Positions 29,182-32,000 of a stretch of 32,000 nt of DNA are shown in pieces (within the stretch, counting starts at the first letter, position 1; each line of letters begins with the position of its first letter). The DNA is from Micromonas pusilla (taxonomy: Eukaryota). The stretch covers positions 966,149 through 998,148 of the forward strand of contig GG663736.1 of the NCBI GenBank assembly GCA_000151265.1, written 5' to 3'. The position numbers were made by a program, and so were the translations under genes. The notes below the pieces were generated by a model. That model did not search any database. It was given only the letters and a program-made list of their open reading frames with translations, and was not told where the DNA came from.

Positions 29182-29462
29182 CAGGGGATAACTTACTAAA
29201 ATTTCGACACTATGTAAATACTGCACGTGTACATGACTGCCGGAAAAAAAAGTAAATAAATACGTATGTACTGCAGTTTTAACTCACAATCGACGGTCTA
29301 ATTTCGCTCGACCCGCAAAAGTCTTCGCCTTCGAAAAACTATGTAAACTTTTGTAATACTTACTCATTATTTATTTACTTTTAAAAGATAACCCCTGGCC
29401 CCTTACACACATACGTACTTCCGTACACAGCAGGGGTTTATCTTTTACTAAAATTTCGACAC
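29182..29462. repeat. About 280-bp segment bounded by 30-nt direct repeats, with an internal hairpin
   Basis: CAGGGGATAACTTACTAAAATTTCGACAC (29182-29210) and CAGGGGTTTATCTTTTACTAAAATTTCGACAC (29431-29462) share an exact 18-mer, TTACTAAAATTTCGACAC. AAAAGATAACCCCTGG (29383-29398) is the near-exact inverse of the start of the second repeat. Confidence 0.6.
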
Positions 29463-29672
29463 CTACTGTAGTAGTACAGTGAAAATACATGAGCACTATC
29501 GCTAGTTTGTACTTTCGTACTTTTGAGAAATAAATAGATACTTAGTGAATATACTGTACGTGTACTGTAGAGTAGTCAGTTGGCCAAGAAATGAATAAAT
29601 AAGTACACTATTATGAATACTTCAATATTTATTTATCTTATTTATAAGTTGTTATTCTATCTAAAAACTATA

Positions 29673-29710
29673 AACAACTTTATCTACCTTCGAAGGTAGA
29701 TAAAGTTGTT
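29673..29710. repeat. Perfect 38-bp palindrome
   Basis: AACAACTTTATCTACCTTC|GAAGGTAGATAAAGTTGTT, centred between 29691 and 29692. It combines the AAGTTGTT motif with a CCTTCGAAGG module. Confidence 0.85.
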
Positions 29711-29791
29711 ATACGAAGATATCGCGCGCGGGTGCTGGCGCGTACACTTTTATTCGTGTTTGTACACGTGTAGTCACGAGTTCGTTTTTTC

Positions 29792-29869
29792 GCTGGTTTT
29801 TTTCGAATTACGTGGATGGAGGGCGAGTACGTTCTTTTGCTGGTTTTTTTCGAATTACGTGGATGGAGG
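29792..29869. repeat. Direct duplication: two exact 31-nt copies, 47 nt apart
   Basis: GCTGGTTTTTTTCGAATTACGTGGATGGAGG occurs at 29792-29822 and 29839-29869. It gives the repeated FFELRGW in ORFs 29706.., 29812.. and 29816... Confidence 0.85.
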
Positions 29870-29871
29870 AC

Positions 29872-30133
29872 TACACGTGTACAACGTACGAAAGTACTTT
29901 CGAAAGTACTTCGGAAGTACTTCCGGAAGTACTTCGGAAGTACTTTCGTACTTTCGTACTGTGTACGTACTGTAGCTCTGATTACAAAAAGACTTCAGCT
30001 CTGACAACGTACGTTGTACTGTACAACGAACGTACCTTCGTACACGTTTTGTACGTGTAAACGCGGTGTACTGCACCTTAAAACATCTTTTTGGACTAGC
30101 CCCACTGTACGTGTACACGTACACGTACACGTA
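29872..30133. repeat. GTAC-anchored palindromic module array
   Basis: GTACGAAAGTACTTTCGAAAGTACTTCGGAAGTACTTCCGGAAGTACTTCGGAAGTACTTTCGTACTTTCGTAC and GTACGTGTACACGTACACGTACACGTA units. Confidence 0.8.
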
Positions 30134-30429
30134 GTCGGTTTCGACCGAGATCAAACTAAACTATCTTTGTTCAAGCGCGTTCTTTCACTCGGCCGAGCTC
30201 GTTTTTTTCAGTCCGATCCGAAACTCTCTTGTCCCTGTTGGACGGAGGACGATGTCAAGCCGGGAGCGAAAGGGAGGGGAGGTATAAGAAGTGGTCTGTT
30301 TTGTCACCTGTCGCGACCACGCGTACTACAAACCAAATATCTAGACCCGTGTGTGCAAGTCGGATACGAGTAGAAACTTTTCATACTAAATACTCACATA
30401 CCGAGACGAGGTCTCGACGGCCAATTCTT

Positions 30430-30800
30430 GTACACGTACACGTAGTTGTACAGTACGTGTACTGTAAATAAATCCCGAATAAATGTGTACGTGTAAGTTG
30501 CTTTCGAAAGTACTTTCGTACGAAAGTACATTAGTAAGTAACAACTTGCTTATTACGAAAGTACGTTGTACTTTCGAAAGTACGAAAGTACTTTCGAGGT
30601 ACTTTCGTACTTTGTACGTTGTACGAAAGTACGAAAGTAGTCCGGAAATAAAATCACAATCTTATTTTATTTTCGTACTTTCGTACTTTCGTACAATACT
30701 CGTACAGTACTGTACACGTACAGGTGTAAGTCAGGTGTACATGTAAACATCATTACCTTCGGTACGAAAGTACCTTCGTACGAAGGTACGAAAGTACTTT
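30430..30800. repeat. GTAC-anchored palindromic module array abutting the Bin3 start codon region
   Basis: GTACACGTACACGTAGTTGTACAGTACGTGTAC, TTTCGAAAGTACTTTCGTACGAAAGTAC, GTACGAAAGTACGAAAGTA and CGAAAGTACCTTCGTACGAAGGTACGAAAGTAC units. The array ends 26 nt before the ATG at 30826. Confidence 0.8.
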
Positions 30801-30825
30801 ACCTGATGCTGGGATCTTCGAGCTG

Positions 30826-32000
30826 ATGGCGGCGGTCCCGAACGAGGATCCCCCTCCCCACACGATCGCGACGTCTTTAAATGCTCGGGGCAAGCGTGCG
30901 CCAGGTGAGCAGTATGGGAAATCCAGCACGGCGAAACGTTTGGCGTCGGGATTGGACGCGTGGGCATCAGAGGGCGCCGTCTCCAGTCGCGCGGAAGACG
31001 ACGGTGACGGCGCGACGACGTTGGACGCGGGACGCACGTCTAATGCGCCCTCTAAACCCGGACGTAAGCGGCACGTGTGTTTCAGATACGGGAACTACCA
31101 CCGGTACTACGGCTACCGCGTCGGCGCGTCACTTGAGGACCACCGCGTCTCCCACCTCGACGCGAAGTGGTTTGAAGGAAAACGAGTCCTCGACATCGGC
31201 TGCAACGAAGGGCTCGTCTCGCTGTCCGTCGCGGTGAACTTTAAACCGAACAGCGTTATTGGGATCGACATCGATCCTCACCTCGTCGACCAGGCGCAGA
31301 GGAAGCTGCAGAGGTTGCGTCGAGCCGCGGCGGCGGCTGCGAGGAGACTGGAGAAAGCCATGGCGGTGGCAGCAGGCGAACACCTTGGCGCGGAGAGGAC
31401 ATCGATCGTGGACGCGCTCGCAGGGTCAAGCAGTGATAGCGTCGGTGAAGTCTCTGTCGGGATTAGGGCAGACGAGACGCGCACGGCGGGCGGAATCAGG
31501 ACCGCGAGCGCAGACGACGAGGAAGTGGTCAATGACTACGCCCCGGGGTTTCCGCAGTCGCGCGTTGACCTCACGGACGCCGCTCCCTCTCTTGGCGGCG
31601 TCACGTTTCGGCATGGGAACATTCTCCATGAGGCGAACACCCCAAACTCGTTCGACGTCGTATTGTGTCTCTCCGTCACGAAGTGGATCCAATTAAATTG
31701 GGGAGATGTGGGGGTGAAAAAAATGTTCAAATACGTGTATGACTCGCTCGCACCGGGGGGGGTGTTCGTCCTCGAGCCGCAGCCGTGGAAGTCATACCGA
31801 CAGGCTTTTCGGAAACAGAAGATGCCGGAGGAAACGAGGGCGCACTACCGCGCGATAACACTCCGGCCGAGTCAATATGCGGGATGGCTCGTAGGGCCTG
31901 AGTGCGGGTGCGTTTTTGTTTTGGCGCTCGACGTCCACTGTTTCCCGTTTCACGACTGACACTGGCAGACTGATGCGCACGACACCTCCGCAGGTTCGCG
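30826..32000 (+). CDS. BIN3: Bin3/MePCE-family RNA (7SK-type) methylphosphate capping methyltransferase, partial (continues beyond window)
   Basis: ORF 30826..31959. Diagnostic blocks are FRYGNYHRYYGYR, WFEGKRVLDIGCNEGLVSLSVAVNF..VIGIDIDPHLV (SAM-binding motif I), VLCLSVTKWIQLNWGDVGVKKMF and LAPGGVFVLEPQPWKSY. The ORF tail (CVFVLALDVHCFPFHD) looks intronic. A GTGCGT donor after 31907 and a CAG acceptor at 31991-31993 would continue GG|G TTC GCG in frame to the window edge. Confidence 0.8.

Noticed and set aside
30014-30471. ORFs 30014..30373 and 30229..30471 in the GC-rich islet upstream of Bin3.
   Set aside because: They are low-complexity, start inside GTAC repeat and have no domain features. 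They are more likely promoter or 5' UTR sequence of Bin3, or an element remnant.

Overview
This is eukaryotic nuclear DNA from a photosynthetic, green-lineage-like organism, not a prokaryotic locus. By translating the ORF track and joining fragments across splice boundaries by hand, I can support 11 protein-coding genes and one intron-containing tRNA. In order they are: a frameshifted secreted Pro/Ser-repeat protein (-), thymidine kinase (+), plastid-type DXS (-, 20 exons), Mg-chelatase subunit CHLI (+, 13 exons), a non-catalytic ClpR-type Clp subunit (-, 5 exons), U1 snRNP protein C (+, 4 exons), tRNA-Ile(UAU) (+), uroporphyrinogen decarboxylase (-), a cytochrome-b5-fused front-end desaturase (+), MSH2 (-), a LAG1/TLC ceramide synthase (-), and a Bin3/MePCE-type methyltransferase (+, runs off the right edge). 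Introns are short, mostly 44-122 nt. The dominant non-genic signal is that almost every promoter-side intergenic region is filled with arrays of short GTAC-anchored palindromic modules. These arrays produce all the STKVRKYE-like phantom ORFs in the track. Interspersed with them are a 126-nt hairpin element family, a GC-rich element bounded by terminal inverted repeats (TIRs), and a recurrent GTAAGTTGTTAC motif. Other notable points are a DXS intron with no possible AG acceptor, a non-GT donor in CHLI, a G13 homopolymer frameshift, and an abrupt rise in GC and third-codon-position GC (GC3) near 30.8 kb. I see no CRISPR array, rRNA or prokaryote-style defence system. All coordinates come from manual reading without tools, so exon borders are models to test against cDNA.
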